This document shows positions 37,189 through 46,592 of a DNA stretch of 64,000 nucleotides, in pieces (the first letter of the stretch is position 1; the number at the start of each line of letters is the position of its first letter). The translations under genes and the position numbers were made by a program. The notes beneath the pieces are model-generated. The model was not told where the DNA came from. It worked only from the letters and a program-made list of their open reading frames with translations, and did not search any database. This DNA comes from Thermoprotei archaeon (GTDB lineage Archaea; Thermoproteota; Thermoprotei; QMSL01; B3-G16): NCBI GenBank assembly GCA_021162845.1, contig JAGGXX010000048.1, positions 13,397-77,396 of the forward strand, in the 5' to 3' direction.

Positions 37189-38135
37189 CTCTGCCTTATG
37201 AAGCTCTCCTTAGGCGAGATGGATACTCCATGCTTATACGCTAATAGCCCTGTCCACGCTATCATCGCCCCGTTATCCCCTGCATATTCATCCGGGACCA
37301 CATAAAAAGCGGCACCGTGTTCTTCGGCCACCATACGCATTATGTCCTGAAGTCGCCTGCTTCTCGCTACCCCCCCTGCTAATACGAGTTCCTTCTTCCT
37401 CGTATGCGCTAGCGCTCTCTCGGTAACCTCGGCCAGCATGGCATAAGAATATTCGATGACGCTTAAGCATAAGTCCTCCAGCCTAACCCCTTTCTTTAAT
37501 TCCCTTAAGGCAGCCGTTAGAAGTCCCGAGAAAGACATGTCCTGCCCCTTAACTACATAAGGCAGTTCCACGAGGCGTTCTCCCTTTGAGGCTAGCTCCT
37601 CGACCCGGGGTACACCGGGTTGTGGTAGTCCTATCTCCCTAGCAAAGGAATCTAAGAAGTTCCCCAGTGGCATGTCCAAGGTCTCACCAAATACCCTATA
37701 TCTACCCTTAGAATAAGCAACTATCATAGTGTTACCCCCTGAGACGTAGACGAAGAGCGGGTCCTTAGTTCCCGTAGCCATTATAGCTATTTCCACATGA
37801 GCTACTGCATGGTTCACTGGAACGAGGGGCTTGTCGAAGTATACCGCTAGGAAGCGTGCAATCATCGCTCCTACACGAAGGCAGGGACCAAGCCCTGGCC
37901 CTAGGGATACCGCTATAGCGTCTACATCCTCTAGCCTTACATTACTCCTGACTAACCCGTTTTTTATAGCCCTAGTGGCCTTCACTAAGTGATGGCGAGC
38001 AGCTTCTCTGGGTAGGAGTCCTCCATATCTGGGAATATAGATCTCATTTACATTAGCCAAGATCTTATCGTCAGCAGCTATGCCTACGCCAAAAGTATGA
38101 GCCGTTGATTCTATCCCTAGAACTATAGTGCTCAT
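37149..38135 (-). CDS. kae1: tRNA t6A37 threonylcarbamoyl-adenosine synthase Kae1
   Basis: LGIESTAHTFGVGI, HHLVKATR... ASKH/ASKHA fold, C-terminal GDNGAMIA. Confidence 0.9.
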   Translation of the reverse strand: MSTIVLGIESTAHTFGVGIAADDKILANVNEIYIPRYGGLLPREAARHHLVKATRAIKNGLVRSNVRLEDVDAIAVSLGPGLGPCLRVGAMIARFLAVYFDKPLVPVNHAVAHVEIAIMATGTKDPLFVYVSGGNTMIVAYSKGRYRVFGETLDMPLGNFLDSFAREIGLPQPGVPRVEELASKGERLVELPYVVKGQDMSFSGLLTAALRELKKGVRLEDLCLSVIEYSYAMLAEVTERALAHTRKKELVLAGGVARSRRLQDIMRMVAEEHGAAFYVVPDEYAGDNGAMIAWTGLLAYKHGVSISPKESFIRQRWRMDEVEIPWRA

Positions 38136-38332
38136 CGAGAACGAGCTTCCCTCCTACCGCTTCTACCACCTTCCCTTAGGAATTCCGTATAATGGCAATA
38201 GCCGCAGTACCACCTCGCTACGGGCTCTTTATGATAGGCCATGATTCTACCACATCGAGGGCAGGTCCTGTTCTTAAGCCTAATGGTTCCCGTGGCGTAA
38301 TCATATTCATATCTTCTATGCGCTGAGGCCAT
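38132..38332 (-). CDS. rps27ae: 30S ribosomal protein S27ae
   Basis: CPRCG....WYCGYCHYTEF zinc ribbon. Confidence 0.85.
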   Translation of the reverse strand: MASAHRRYEYDYATGTIRLKNRTCPRCGRIMAYHKEPVARWYCGYCHYTEFLREGGRSGRREARSR

Positions 38333-38673
38333 CAGCTACCACCCCTTCGAGCTTCTAGGAGTTTCTTCCTCTCCTCGGGGTTTAGGTTCCTGATTCTGAT
38401 ATGTCTAGGCTCTACTTCTTCCCCTATCGCTGGATCTTCGTACACGTGTATCTCTCCTACTGTCTTTCCTATACCGTACTCCGTTAATAGCCTCCTCACG
38501 TATACAGCGTTAACTGGTCTCCCGAGGAGCTCCGCTATCTTCTTTCTGATCACATGACGAGGGGGCGTTCCTTTTCCTTCATGATATATTTCGGCTAATA
38601 CTTCGGTTCTTCCTAAGAGCTTGTTCTCCTTAGTTTTCACTATCTTCAGTTCGATACCGCTCTCCGGAGTCAT
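38332..38673 (-). CDS. rps24e: 30S ribosomal protein S24e
   Basis: LLGRTEVLAEIYHEGKGTPPRHVIRKKIAELLG.... Confidence 0.9.
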   Translation of the reverse strand: MTPESGIELKIVKTKENKLLGRTEVLAEIYHEGKGTPPRHVIRKKIAELLGRPVNAVYVRRLLTEYGIGKTVGEIHVYEDPAIGEEVEPRHIRIRNLNPEERKKLLEARRGGS

Positions 38674-39233
38674 TCAACGAACCTCCTAGCCATTTTAAGG
38701 AGTATTCTCTTAATTTTATCCTTTTTGCCTTCATCTACATAAACTAACACTAGCCCTTCATTAGGCTGACCGTAGAGGATGATGCTCTTTAATGGCGCAT
38801 GATAGGAGGCCACGAGCGCGAGCAAATCCTCCTCCCCGATGACCCTTATGAGGGTCCTCTTAGTGGAGACAAACGCTTTTCGGACAGCTTCCCATGCCTC
38901 AAGCGTTATACAGCTAGGCGGATTGACTACTTCAAGTACTAGGCCGTAAGTCGATAGTACTTCTGCCTTAGTACTAAATGTAGCGCTCCTCTTTACCCTA
39001 AGATCCACTATGGCTACGTCTGGAGTCAACTGCGATCTTAAGCAGTTAAGCGTGACGAAGTCTCCAACGCTACATAACTTCGGTGGTCTTAGTACGCTAA
39101 TCAATAGCTTGGCCCATCTCAACGCGATCTTAGGTTCTTCGGGTATGAGTATGCCTAAGGGCCTTCTTATCAGCTTACAAACCTCCGACGTAGTTAGTAA
39201 TATCTCCCCCTTCCGCAGGAAGGGCTCCTGCAT
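38670..39233 (-). CDS. DUF359 protein (GTP-dependent dephospho-CoA kinase family)
   Basis: Conserved spt4-DUF359-S24e-S27ae gene order. CS..GDFVT..C motif typical of DUF359. Confidence 0.6.
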   Translation of the reverse strand: MQEPFLRKGEILLTTSEVCKLIRRPLGILIPEEPKIALRWAKLLISVLRPPKLCSVGDFVTLNCLRSQLTPDVAIVDLRVKRSATFSTKAEVLSTYGLVLEVVNPPSCITLEAWEAVRKAFVSTKRTLIRVIGEEDLLALVASYHAPLKSIILYGQPNEGLVLVYVDEGKKDKIKRILLKMARRFVE

Positions 39234-39237
39234 TTAG

Positions 39238-39468
39238 TCACCTTACCTTGATAGCGTAGCGTCCAGGCTTCGTTATTCCCAATCTTTGCGCTATGATCGA
39301 TGTACTAGGATCGAAAATTATTATCAGGCCACTCCAATCATCGGAGATGTCCGTGGAGCCGCAGTTAGGACATCGTATGGGCTCGTTCTTTTCAGTTACC
39401 TGAAATATAGTCTTGCACTTTCTACAGGCCATGAAGGATGCTAAAGGCCCTCTCCTGGGCATTTCCAC
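39238..39468 (-). CDS. spt4: transcription elongation factor Spt4 / RNAP subunit E''
   Basis: MACRKCKTIFQV....CPNCGSTD zinc ribbon. The real start is probably the internal Met (about 39432). Confidence 0.85.
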   Translation of the reverse strand: MEMPRRGPLASFMACRKCKTIFQVTEKNEPIRCPNCGSTDISDDWSGLIIIFDPSTSIIAQRLGITKPGRYAIKVR

Positions 39469-39475
39469 TCCCCGA

Positions 39476-40069
39476 TTAACCTCTTACCTTCTTAGTTTCC
39501 CGGGGCTTAGCCTTATGTGCTCGCTCTACCTCCTTCTTTATCCACTCCAATTTGCCTAAGAAGGGCTGTCTCATAGTCATTCCTATCCTTATGCTCCTAG
39601 CCCCTCCACTAGTGCTTACGCTTATCGTGACTATCCTAGCCCTTACTATGTCCTTAGTTCTGAGCTCATAGTGCGTGTCCCTACCTAGCAAAACGCCTTG
39701 TCTCCTATCGTATGAGAAGTAATCATCATAGATTTGTGATAGGTGCACGAACCCGTCCGTGGGCCCTAGCCTCACGAATATCCCGAAGTCCGTTACCTCT
39801 ACTACTTCACCTTCCACTACTTCCTGCAGTTGAGGTACGAAGGTCAGCACTTCGTACTCCGCATTATGATACGTAGCCCCATCACCGGGGATTATGATCC
39901 CCTCTTCCGATACCTTAACGTCTAAGACGGCTACTATTATGCCGAGCTCTGGATCCAACGCCCCTTCGTACTCCTCTCGTAATATGTCTTTAGCGGCTTT
40001 CTCAAGCGGTTCGTTAAACTTATTTGGGGGTATCCTGACAAGGCCTTTAAGCTTAACGAGCTGATACAT
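39476..40069 (-). CDS. rpo7: DNA-directed RNA polymerase subunit E' (Rpo7)
   Basis: MYQLVKLKGLVRIPPNKFNEPL.., S1 domain GEVVEVTDFGIFVRLGP.DGFVHLSQI. Confidence 0.9.
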   Translation of the reverse strand: MYQLVKLKGLVRIPPNKFNEPLEKAAKDILREEYEGALDPELGIIVAVLDVKVSEEGIIIPGDGATYHNAEYEVLTFVPQLQEVVEGEVVEVTDFGIFVRLGPTDGFVHLSQIYDDYFSYDRRQGVLLGRDTHYELRTKDIVRARIVTISVSTSGGARSIRIGMTMRQPFLGKLEWIKKEVERAHKAKPRETKKVRG

Positions 40070-40278
40070 GCCAGAACCACCGTGGAACTATGGTCATTAT
40101 GCCTTCTGCGCACATGTTCTTAAAGCTTACTTAGCATGATCGCCATTCCCTCTCCTTCGCTCCTACTTCATTCCATTGCATTTTATTTCACTTTAACTAA
40201 CGTAACTTTAATCAACTTCAATTTCACATTAGCAATAAGATAAATGGCTCCTTAGCTAGATACTCACGTTGGGGTATT

Positions 40279-40689
40279 ATGAGCACGAAGGGTTCGCTAA
40301 AAGTATTACTTGACACGAACTTCCTTTTGCTTCCTGCCATTAAGCGTATCAATTTACTAGTGGAGTTAGACAGGGTTTTAGATAGGAAATACGAACTTCT
40401 CGTACCTTCACCATGCATGGAGGAGCTTCATAAGCTGAAAGCCATCGGTGGAAAACTTGAAAAAGCCGCTAACTTAGCTCTTAAGTTAATTGAAAGACAT
40501 GCACGAATCCTGGACGTCCCAAGACATGACTCTGAGACCGTCGATGATCTCATAGTTAGGATCGCTAAGGAGATCCACGCCGTAGTGGCTACATGCGACA
40601 AGGAGTTGAGGAAAAGGTTGCGTGCTGAAGGGATCCCCGTTGTCTTTTATAGAGCCTATAAGAAGCTTGAGCTAAATGGAGAGGTATAG
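40279..40689 (+). CDS. PIN-domain ribonuclease (Fcf1/VapC-like)
   Basis: LLDTNFLL N-terminal Asp motif, central E, C-terminal TCDKELRKRL acidic residue. Conserved next to aIF2-gamma in archaea. Confidence 0.55.
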   Translation: MSTKGSLKVLLDTNFLLLPAIKRINLLVELDRVLDRKYELLVPSPCMEELHKLKAIGGKLEKAANLALKLIERHARILDVPRHDSETVDDLIVRIAKEIHAVVATCDKELRKRLRAEGIPVVFYRAYKKLELNGEV

Positions 40690-40700
40690 CTATTGACCCT

Positions 40701-41975
40701 TCACTTTATGTAACCCCAGCCTATTAGGCGCCATCTTCCTTCTATTCTCCTACTTATCGCGACGCGAGCACCTTCCTCCGCGCAAACGGGTATCTCCAAT
40801 TTTAACTCTACGTGATCGTCACGTACATGTACGACCTTGCCTAGCGTAGTGGCTGTACCAACGTTCACTATCAATGGTTCATTCATCCTTATCTTTTCGA
40901 CCTTGATCATTCTTTCCATGCCTACCACCCTTTCCATTAAATGGACCTCAAGCTCTAATTCATCCCATATAGGAGGCAGGGTTCCAGGCCGTCCAGCCAC
41001 GCTACCTATCAGAGAATCCGCCTTAGTTAAGCTAGGGTCTAGCAACGTGCCCACGCCTATCAGACCGCCCGGATATACTTCCTTAACATCCACTTCTCCG
41101 GCTTTAAGGCTCACGACCTCAGTGTATAAGGGCTCGTATTCTACCTTACCGCGCTTGACGATCCTTAACCCTGGCCGTATCTCTAATTCCTCGCCTATTG
41201 CCAATTTACCCTGAACCAAGGATCCGCCTATGACGCCTCCCATGAGCCTCTCAGGAGGGGTCCCAGGTTTATTGACGTCGAAACTCCTAGCTATCAGCAT
41301 CCTCGGGGGTTTCGTATAATCCCTCTTAGGGGTCGGTATGACCTTCTCTATAGCTTGTATGAGCACATCCACGTTTACTTTATGCAACGCGGATATCGGT
41401 ATTATCGGCGCTTTTTCGGCCCATGTGCCCTTAACGAACCTCTTAACCCTCCTGTAGTTTTCAAGTATCGTTTCCTTGGACACTATCTCTATCTTGTTCT
41501 GAGCGATTATCAGCCTATTAACCCCTACTATTTCTAAGGCCTTGAAATGCTCCCTCGTTTGAGGAAGTGGTTCCTCACGTGATGCATCGACTACTAATAT
41601 GGCCCCATCCATCAGAGTAGCTCCGGCCAGCATTATTGCCATCAGCATCTCATGCCCTGGCACGTCGACGAACGAGACGCGCCTTATCACCTCAAGCTTT
41701 GAGCCGCATCGCCTACATACACCCTCCGGCGAAAGAGCGTTCGTGGTATAGCACTCAGGCTCAGGGCATCGTGGACATTTCATTATTATGCAGTCAGCAT
41801 AACCTAGCTTGAGCGTGATGCCTCGCTTAAGCTCCTCGGAGTGATATGCGGTCCACTTTCCAGTAAGGGCCTGCACTAAGGTGCTCTTGCCATTATCGAC
41901 GTGGCCCGCTGTTCCTATGTTAGTAAGCGGTTGCACCTTTTCTATAGCTTTTATATCCTCATCCGTTAGCGCCAT
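40701..41975 (-). CDS. eif2g: translation initiation factor aIF2 gamma
   Basis: GHVDNGKSTLVQALTG, Zn-knuckle CPRC....CRRCG, NKIE. Confidence 0.9.
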   Translation of the reverse strand: MALTDEDIKAIEKVQPLTNIGTAGHVDNGKSTLVQALTGKWTAYHSEELKRGITLKLGYADCIIMKCPRCPEPECYTTNALSPEGVCRRCGSKLEVIRRVSFVDVPGHEMLMAIMLAGATLMDGAILVVDASREEPLPQTREHFKALEIVGVNRLIIAQNKIEIVSKETILENYRRVKRFVKGTWAEKAPIIPISALHKVNVDVLIQAIEKVIPTPKRDYTKPPRMLIARSFDVNKPGTPPERLMGGVIGGSLVQGKLAIGEELEIRPGLRIVKRGKVEYEPLYTEVVSLKAGEVDVKEVYPGGLIGVGTLLDPSLTKADSLIGSVAGRPGTLPPIWDELELEVHLMERVVGMERMIKVEKIRMNEPLIVNVGTATTLGKVVHVRDDHVELKLEIPVCAEEGARVAISRRIEGRWRLIGWGYIK

Positions 41976-42028
41976 ATCAGTTACCCTAATGAATGAAGCT
42001 AAGGGATTAATTTAAAGGTAGAGCCGCT

Positions 42029-42826
42029 ATGGGTGAGCTAATCTTCATAGGACTTGGCCTTGATTCAGAAGAGGACATAAGCCTGCGTGGCCTCAAAGCG
42101 GCTGAAGCGGCTGATGAGGTCTTTTTAGAGGCATATACGAGTCTGATGCCGCATCTTGACATAGCCAGGTTAGAAGAACTCATAGGAAAGAGGATCACGA
42201 GGTTATCCCGCAGACAAATGGAGGAGGAAATGGATTACGTGCTTAGGGAAGCGAGATCGAAACGAATAGCCATACTATGCCCTGGAGACCCTTTCGTCGC
42301 TACGACGCATATAGCTCTGAGAATCGAGGCCGAGAAGCAGGGCATAAAAACTAAGGTTATAAATAACGCGTCCATTATAAGCGCTGTGACCAGTGCTACT
42401 GGTCTGCAGAGCTATAAACTCGGGCGTACCGTTACGCTCACGTTTCCTCAGATGGGCAGTATACCTGAGACAGTATATGACGTTACTAAGGATAATCTTG
42501 CCATGGGCCTTCATACGTTGATCTTATTAGAGATAGACGTAGAAGGGAGACGTTACTTAAGAATAGATGAGGCAGTGGAGCTACTAAGGGCATTAGAGAA
42601 TAGACGTAAGGAGGGCATATTCACTGAGGATAGGTTGATTGTAGGTTTAGCCCGCCTAGGTTCTGAGGACATGATAGTCAAGGCAGACATATTAGCTAGG
42701 CTTAAGCTATATGATTTCGGCCTTCCACCGCATAGCCTCTTAGTGCCGGGGCGCCTCCACTTCATGGAAAAGGAGGCGCTTAAGATCTTGGCATCCGCGC
42801 CAGATGAAGCATTAAGGGGCGCTTAA
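42029..42826 (+). CDS. dphB: diphthine synthase
   Basis: MGELIFIGLGL..DISLRGLKAAEAADEVFLEAYTS tetrapyrrole-methylase fold typical of Dph5. Confidence 0.85.
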   Translation: MGELIFIGLGLDSEEDISLRGLKAAEAADEVFLEAYTSLMPHLDIARLEELIGKRITRLSRRQMEEEMDYVLREARSKRIAILCPGDPFVATTHIALRIEAEKQGIKTKVINNASIISAVTSATGLQSYKLGRTVTLTFPQMGSIPETVYDVTKDNLAMGLHTLILLEIDVEGRRYLRIDEAVELLRALENRRKEGIFTEDRLIVGLARLGSEDMIVKADILARLKLYDFGLPPHSLLVPGRLHFMEKEALKILASAPDEALRGA

Positions 42827-42828
42827 TT

Positions 42829-43530
42829 ATGAACTCAGCTGAGGGAAGGATAAGGGGGTATATACGGGGCCTTGAAGAAGCGCTTAGCTCTATTAAAATA
42901 TTGAAAGAAGACGTTAAGGTGCATGAAGTACTTGAAAACGTTAAGGCGTATCTAGATGATGCCAGATATTACTTAGAGAAGGGCGATTTGTTCACTAGCT
43001 TGACCTGTGTGGCTTACGGCGAAGGACTGCTCGACTGCTTAAGGGCGCTGGGATACGTAAGCTATGAATGGGCCAAGTATAGGTTGAAGCGCCCAAAGGT
43101 CTTAGTCGCTGGTACCTTTGACATATTGCATCCCGGACACATATACATACTGAGGAAGGCTTGGGAGCTGGGAAGAGTATACGTCGTGATCGCACGTGAT
43201 GTGAACGTCGAGCGCTTTAAAGGAAGGAAGCCCATAATCCCTGAGAGACAGCGACTTGAATTAATACGCAATATAAAGTGGGTTCATGAGGCTGTCCTCG
43301 GGGACAAATCAGATATCATAAGGAGCGTTGAGCTCCTACAGCCTGACATCATACTATTGGGCCCAGACCAACCCATAAAAGAGGAGGAGCTCCATAGGGA
43401 GCTCGTTAAGCGTGGCTTAAATCCTAAGATAATAAAGCTTGAGGAGAGGAGCCAGGAATATCCGCTTTCCAGCACTCAGAAGATAATCAATAGGATAATC
43501 CATGAGTATAAGGAGCATGAGCCATCCTGA
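42829..43530 (+). CDS. cytidylyltransferase-family nucleotidyltransferase, probably FAD synthase RibL, with extra N-terminal helical domain (about 95 aa)
   Basis: VAGTFDILHPGHIYILRKA (T/HxGH). The closest memory match is archaeal RibL rather than PPAT. The N-terminal domain is unrecognized. Confidence 0.55.
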   Translation: MNSAEGRIRGYIRGLEEALSSIKILKEDVKVHEVLENVKAYLDDARYYLEKGDLFTSLTCVAYGEGLLDCLRALGYVSYEWAKYRLKRPKVLVAGTFDILHPGHIYILRKAWELGRVYVVIARDVNVERFKGRKPIIPERQRLELIRNIKWVHEAVLGDKSDIIRSVELLQPDIILLGPDQPIKEEELHRELVKRGLNPKIIKLEERSQEYPLSSTQKIINRIIHEYKEHEPS

Positions 43531-43585
43531 TCATGCCGATATGCGGTATGTCTTGGAGATCATGCACCTATTCGGGCATTTAATT

Positions 43586-44284
43586 CTATGACTCCTTTTC
43601 ATTCCCGTTTGAGTAAATGGTTACCTCAACCATACTTCCGTCCCTTAGGCGCAAGGTCTTCCTGAGATTTACTGTCGAAACTATCTCAATTACATCGTCC
43701 CCATAATGCGTCCTCTCTATTATCAACGCTAGACACGGTATATTGTCTATCGAGGCCTTAAAGCACCTTACTGATCCGAACGTCCTCGCACCGCTTTTAA
43801 AGGCTGGGATTATCGTTCCGCGTGAATTCTTCAGCTCTCGTCTCACCGATAAGCTCAGCTCATCCACGATCCTTAAGTTAAGGGTTCCCGGGTATATTCT
43901 CCCGCCTAGCAATTCCTCGAAAGCCCTTCTGTACTTGGGTATATTAGTATAATAGGCTCCCTCTCCAAGGCCTGTGAAGACTATCCCCCTTATTTTAAAT
44001 ACTCGAGGATACGCGCCTCGAAACACCTTGCTCAAGTTCACGTACACCTCCCTTAGAGTCTCGAGCCCTTTAGCCGTTAACATGACATATGTGCCTCGTC
44101 CCGTCACCCGTCTTCTCACTAGCCCATGCGCTTCGAGTTCCATTAATCTCCTTGAAGCGGTCTGCTGAGATACCCCCAGTATTCCTCCTAGTCGCCTGGT
44201 AGAGATGTTTATGGGCCCTCTATGTGCCCCTAAGATCGTTAATGCGTATAAGGCCATTAGCAATTCGCCCTTAACCCTTCGCAT
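43586..44284 (-). CDS. ribK: CTP-dependent riboflavin kinase (archaeal RibK) with N-terminal wHTH
   Basis: N-terminal HTH, then YPGTLNLRIV..., THYGDDVIEI matching the MJ0056-type kinase. Confidence 0.7.
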   Translation of the reverse strand: MRRVKGELLMALYALTILGAHRGPINISTRRLGGILGVSQQTASRRLMELEAHGLVRRRVTGRGTYVMLTAKGLETLREVYVNLSKVFRGAYPRVFKIRGIVFTGLGEGAYYTNIPKYRRAFEELLGGRIYPGTLNLRIVDELSLSVRRELKNSRGTIIPAFKSGARTFGSVRCFKASIDNIPCLALIIERTHYGDDVIEIVSTVNLRKTLRLRDGSMVEVTIYSNGNEKES

Positions 44285-44951
44285 GACGCCTGGCCTCCCT
44301 TGTAGCTAATATGTGAGCCATTCTTATGGGCTCTGGTAATTTATACCCACGGCACGTCCTAAGTACAAGTTCCGCTGCTGTCCTTAACGAGATTTTATGA
44401 CCTACGCTGACGAATATGGGTTTGCATCCCCTCTTGGTTATGAGGGCGACTCCGATTATCTCCCCCTTATCCAATAAGGGGGCACAATCGCCATTGAATT
44501 CGCCTATAATGCCGCATAGTTTCTTCTTAGCTACGCCTATGGTGGGGACGTCTAGGACTACGCCTATATGAGATGCTATACCCAGCCTATAAGGATGGGC
44601 CCGTCCCTGTCCATCTATGAATAGGACGTCAGGCCTTAACTTTAAAGCCCTGATCGCCCTAATTACTGGACCCGCTTCACGGAAGGAGAGTAATGTGGGT
44701 ATGTACGGAAAGAAGACCCTTACACGTTTAATAGTATATCTGATCACAGTTAGGCTTTTGAAGTCCAATGCTACAGCGGCCGCGTATGCGAAGTCCCCCC
44801 TATAGGCTACATCACAGCCCACAACGATCTTTATCTCCGAAGGCAGTTCGTCTCTTTCAATGACCTTTGATGCCAACCATCTCTGCACGCTCCTAGCCCG
44901 CTCTAGAGAAAAGCCAGAAGGGACTTTAACCTCGCGACCATATATCCTCAT
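44271..44951 (-). CDS. nfi: endonuclease V
   Basis: VGCDVAY..., LFIDGQGRAHPYRLGIASHIGVVLDVPTIGVAKKKL. Confidence 0.85.
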   Translation of the reverse strand: MRIYGREVKVPSGFSLERARSVQRWLASKVIERDELPSEIKIVVGCDVAYRGDFAYAAAVALDFKSLTVIRYTIKRVRVFFPYIPTLLSFREAGPVIRAIRALKLRPDVLFIDGQGRAHPYRLGIASHIGVVLDVPTIGVAKKKLCGIIGEFNGDCAPLLDKGEIIGVALITKRGCKPIFVSVGHKISLRTAAELVLRTCRGYKLPEPIRMAHILATREARRHAKG

Positions 44952-45609
44952 GGTTATCGGTACTCCTTCCCTTAAGGGTATGTAAGGCCTTCTTTACGCT
45001 ATTCACCAGTTCAGCCTTCATCTTAGCTTCAACTATGTGGGACCTTGTAATCTCGACTAGTTGACGCCCTCTATCGCACTTATGCCTCAGCCCCGGGATG
45101 AGCGCCTCTGGATAGCTTATTTCACGTAGGATAAGGTAAAGGCTCTCCATGGCCGAAAATGTTCTCTCGGCGCCCTCGAGATCCCCGCTTCTGAGGAGAT
45201 CTAAGATCCTGCGTCGAAGCTCCCCGAGCAAATCCGCTAGGCCTGTGAGATAATAGGGTAATGGGACGTTAAGTTCCTCATATGAGGGAATCCTCTGCTC
45301 TTCAATTAACTTAATAAGCGCATAGGCCTCTGTGTACTCCTGAAAGCTCATACCCATTATACCACCATAGGCTATATCAGGGAATCTTCTGGCTATGTCG
45401 CATAGCTCATTAAGTTGACTCCGAGCCTTTGCTAAATTGTCCTTAGCCTGCTCCAGATTGCCTGAATGAGTTAGAAATACCGCTTCCCTTATCAGCCTAT
45501 TGGCCTCCCGTGTTCTCCTGATTACGATTTCCCTTATTTTATCCTTCTCCTCAAGCTCTTTAAGAGCGCCTTCTATAGCCTTTCGAAATAACTTTCGCAT
45601 GTCCTTCAA
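44926..45609 (-). CDS. translin-family protein (probable)
   Basis: All-alpha, about 225 aa, with central GLADLLGELRRRIL resembling the translin/TRAX fold. Moderate confidence. Confidence 0.45.
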   Translation of the reverse strand: MKDMRKLFRKAIEGALKELEEKDKIREIVIRRTREANRLIREAVFLTHSGNLEQAKDNLAKARSQLNELCDIARRFPDIAYGGIMGMSFQEYTEAYALIKLIEEQRIPSYEELNVPLPYYLTGLADLLGELRRRILDLLRSGDLEGAERTFSAMESLYLILREISYPEALIPGLRHKCDRGRQLVEITRSHIVEAKMKAELVNSVKKALHTLKGRSTDNHEDIWSRG

Positions 45610-45618
45610 TTAGATCAC

Positions 45619-46581
45619 CTAATAGAGTTTAATGGGCTTCTCTAACTTGCTGAGAAGCACCACCCTAGAGTGTAAGTATTCGTCTATGATGTTGTACCCC
45701 GTGAGGTCTGCTAACTTCTCGGCGAAACTCCTTATGTGTTCATGTCGGGGCATGGCCTCCCTAGGTAATCTTCGAAGGAAGAAGCCAAGGGACATTGCGG
45801 CCTTTACCTCTACGTAGGTGGAGTCTGCCTTCTTTATTAGCCTCGCATATCCTTCTGCGTCCGTCATATTATACCCTTTAACCATGGTCAGGCGGAGTAC
45901 AGTGGGGCATTTGAATGAAGAGAGAAGCTCTAGGCTCCTATTGAGCCTTCTCCACCCATCAGGTAGAAGAGGACGACAGACCCTCTTGTAGATCTCCTCA
46001 TTGGGTGCGCTTACGCTTATGTAAAGTTGTGTCGGCTCGGTATCCAACCTAGAGAGTACCTCTGGGAAGGTCCCATTGCTGACTAGGAATACGGACTTAA
46101 AGTTCCTCTTAAAGGCGTATGAGAAGAGCCTGCTCAGCCTTTCCGCACCATAGAGTAGCGGTTCTCCTACAAGCGATGGTGTGAAGTGTACGGGGTTCAT
46201 GGCTTCTTCGAGAAGTCGGGGATCTATATCCCGCCTTCCCTTAAAGCCTATTAGCATCTTACGCTGCTCCTCAATCATCCCATCTAACAAGCTTTCGGGT
46301 TCATCTAAATCCTTGGCCCCCATTTCGTTCCATGAGATGCCTAGATCATCGGGCATTACACGCCAACAATACAGGCACCTCTGTGAGCAACCGGGGAATA
46401 GGGATACCTGCAGGCATCTATGGGATGGTACGCCATAGAACCTCTGTTTATAGCAGTACTCCTTACCCCCGCTTCTGAGGCTCTTCTTAAGCCAATGGCA
46501 TTGTTTAACTAGGCCGTATCTCCCAACGAAATGATAACCTTGTTTTTTATAGATCCTCCTGAGCTCATCCGGGAAGGGCAT
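45619..46581 (-). CDS. taw1: tRNA 4-demethylwyosine synthase Taw1 (radical SAM)
   Basis: KQGYHFVGRYGLVKQCHWLKKSL, CxxxCxxC (CSQRCLYC). Confidence 0.85.
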   Translation of the reverse strand: MPFPDELRRIYKKQGYHFVGRYGLVKQCHWLKKSLRSGGKEYCYKQRFYGVPSHRCLQVSLFPGCSQRCLYCWRVMPDDLGISWNEMGAKDLDEPESLLDGMIEEQRKMLIGFKGRRDIDPRLLEEAMNPVHFTPSLVGEPLLYGAERLSRLFSYAFKRNFKSVFLVSNGTFPEVLSRLDTEPTQLYISVSAPNEEIYKRVCRPLLPDGWRRLNRSLELLSSFKCPTVLRLTMVKGYNMTDAEGYARLIKKADSTYVEVKAAMSLGFFLRRLPREAMPRHEHIRSFAEKLADLTGYNIIDEYLHSRVVLLSKLEKPIKLY

Positions 46582-46592
46582 TATATTCGCAC

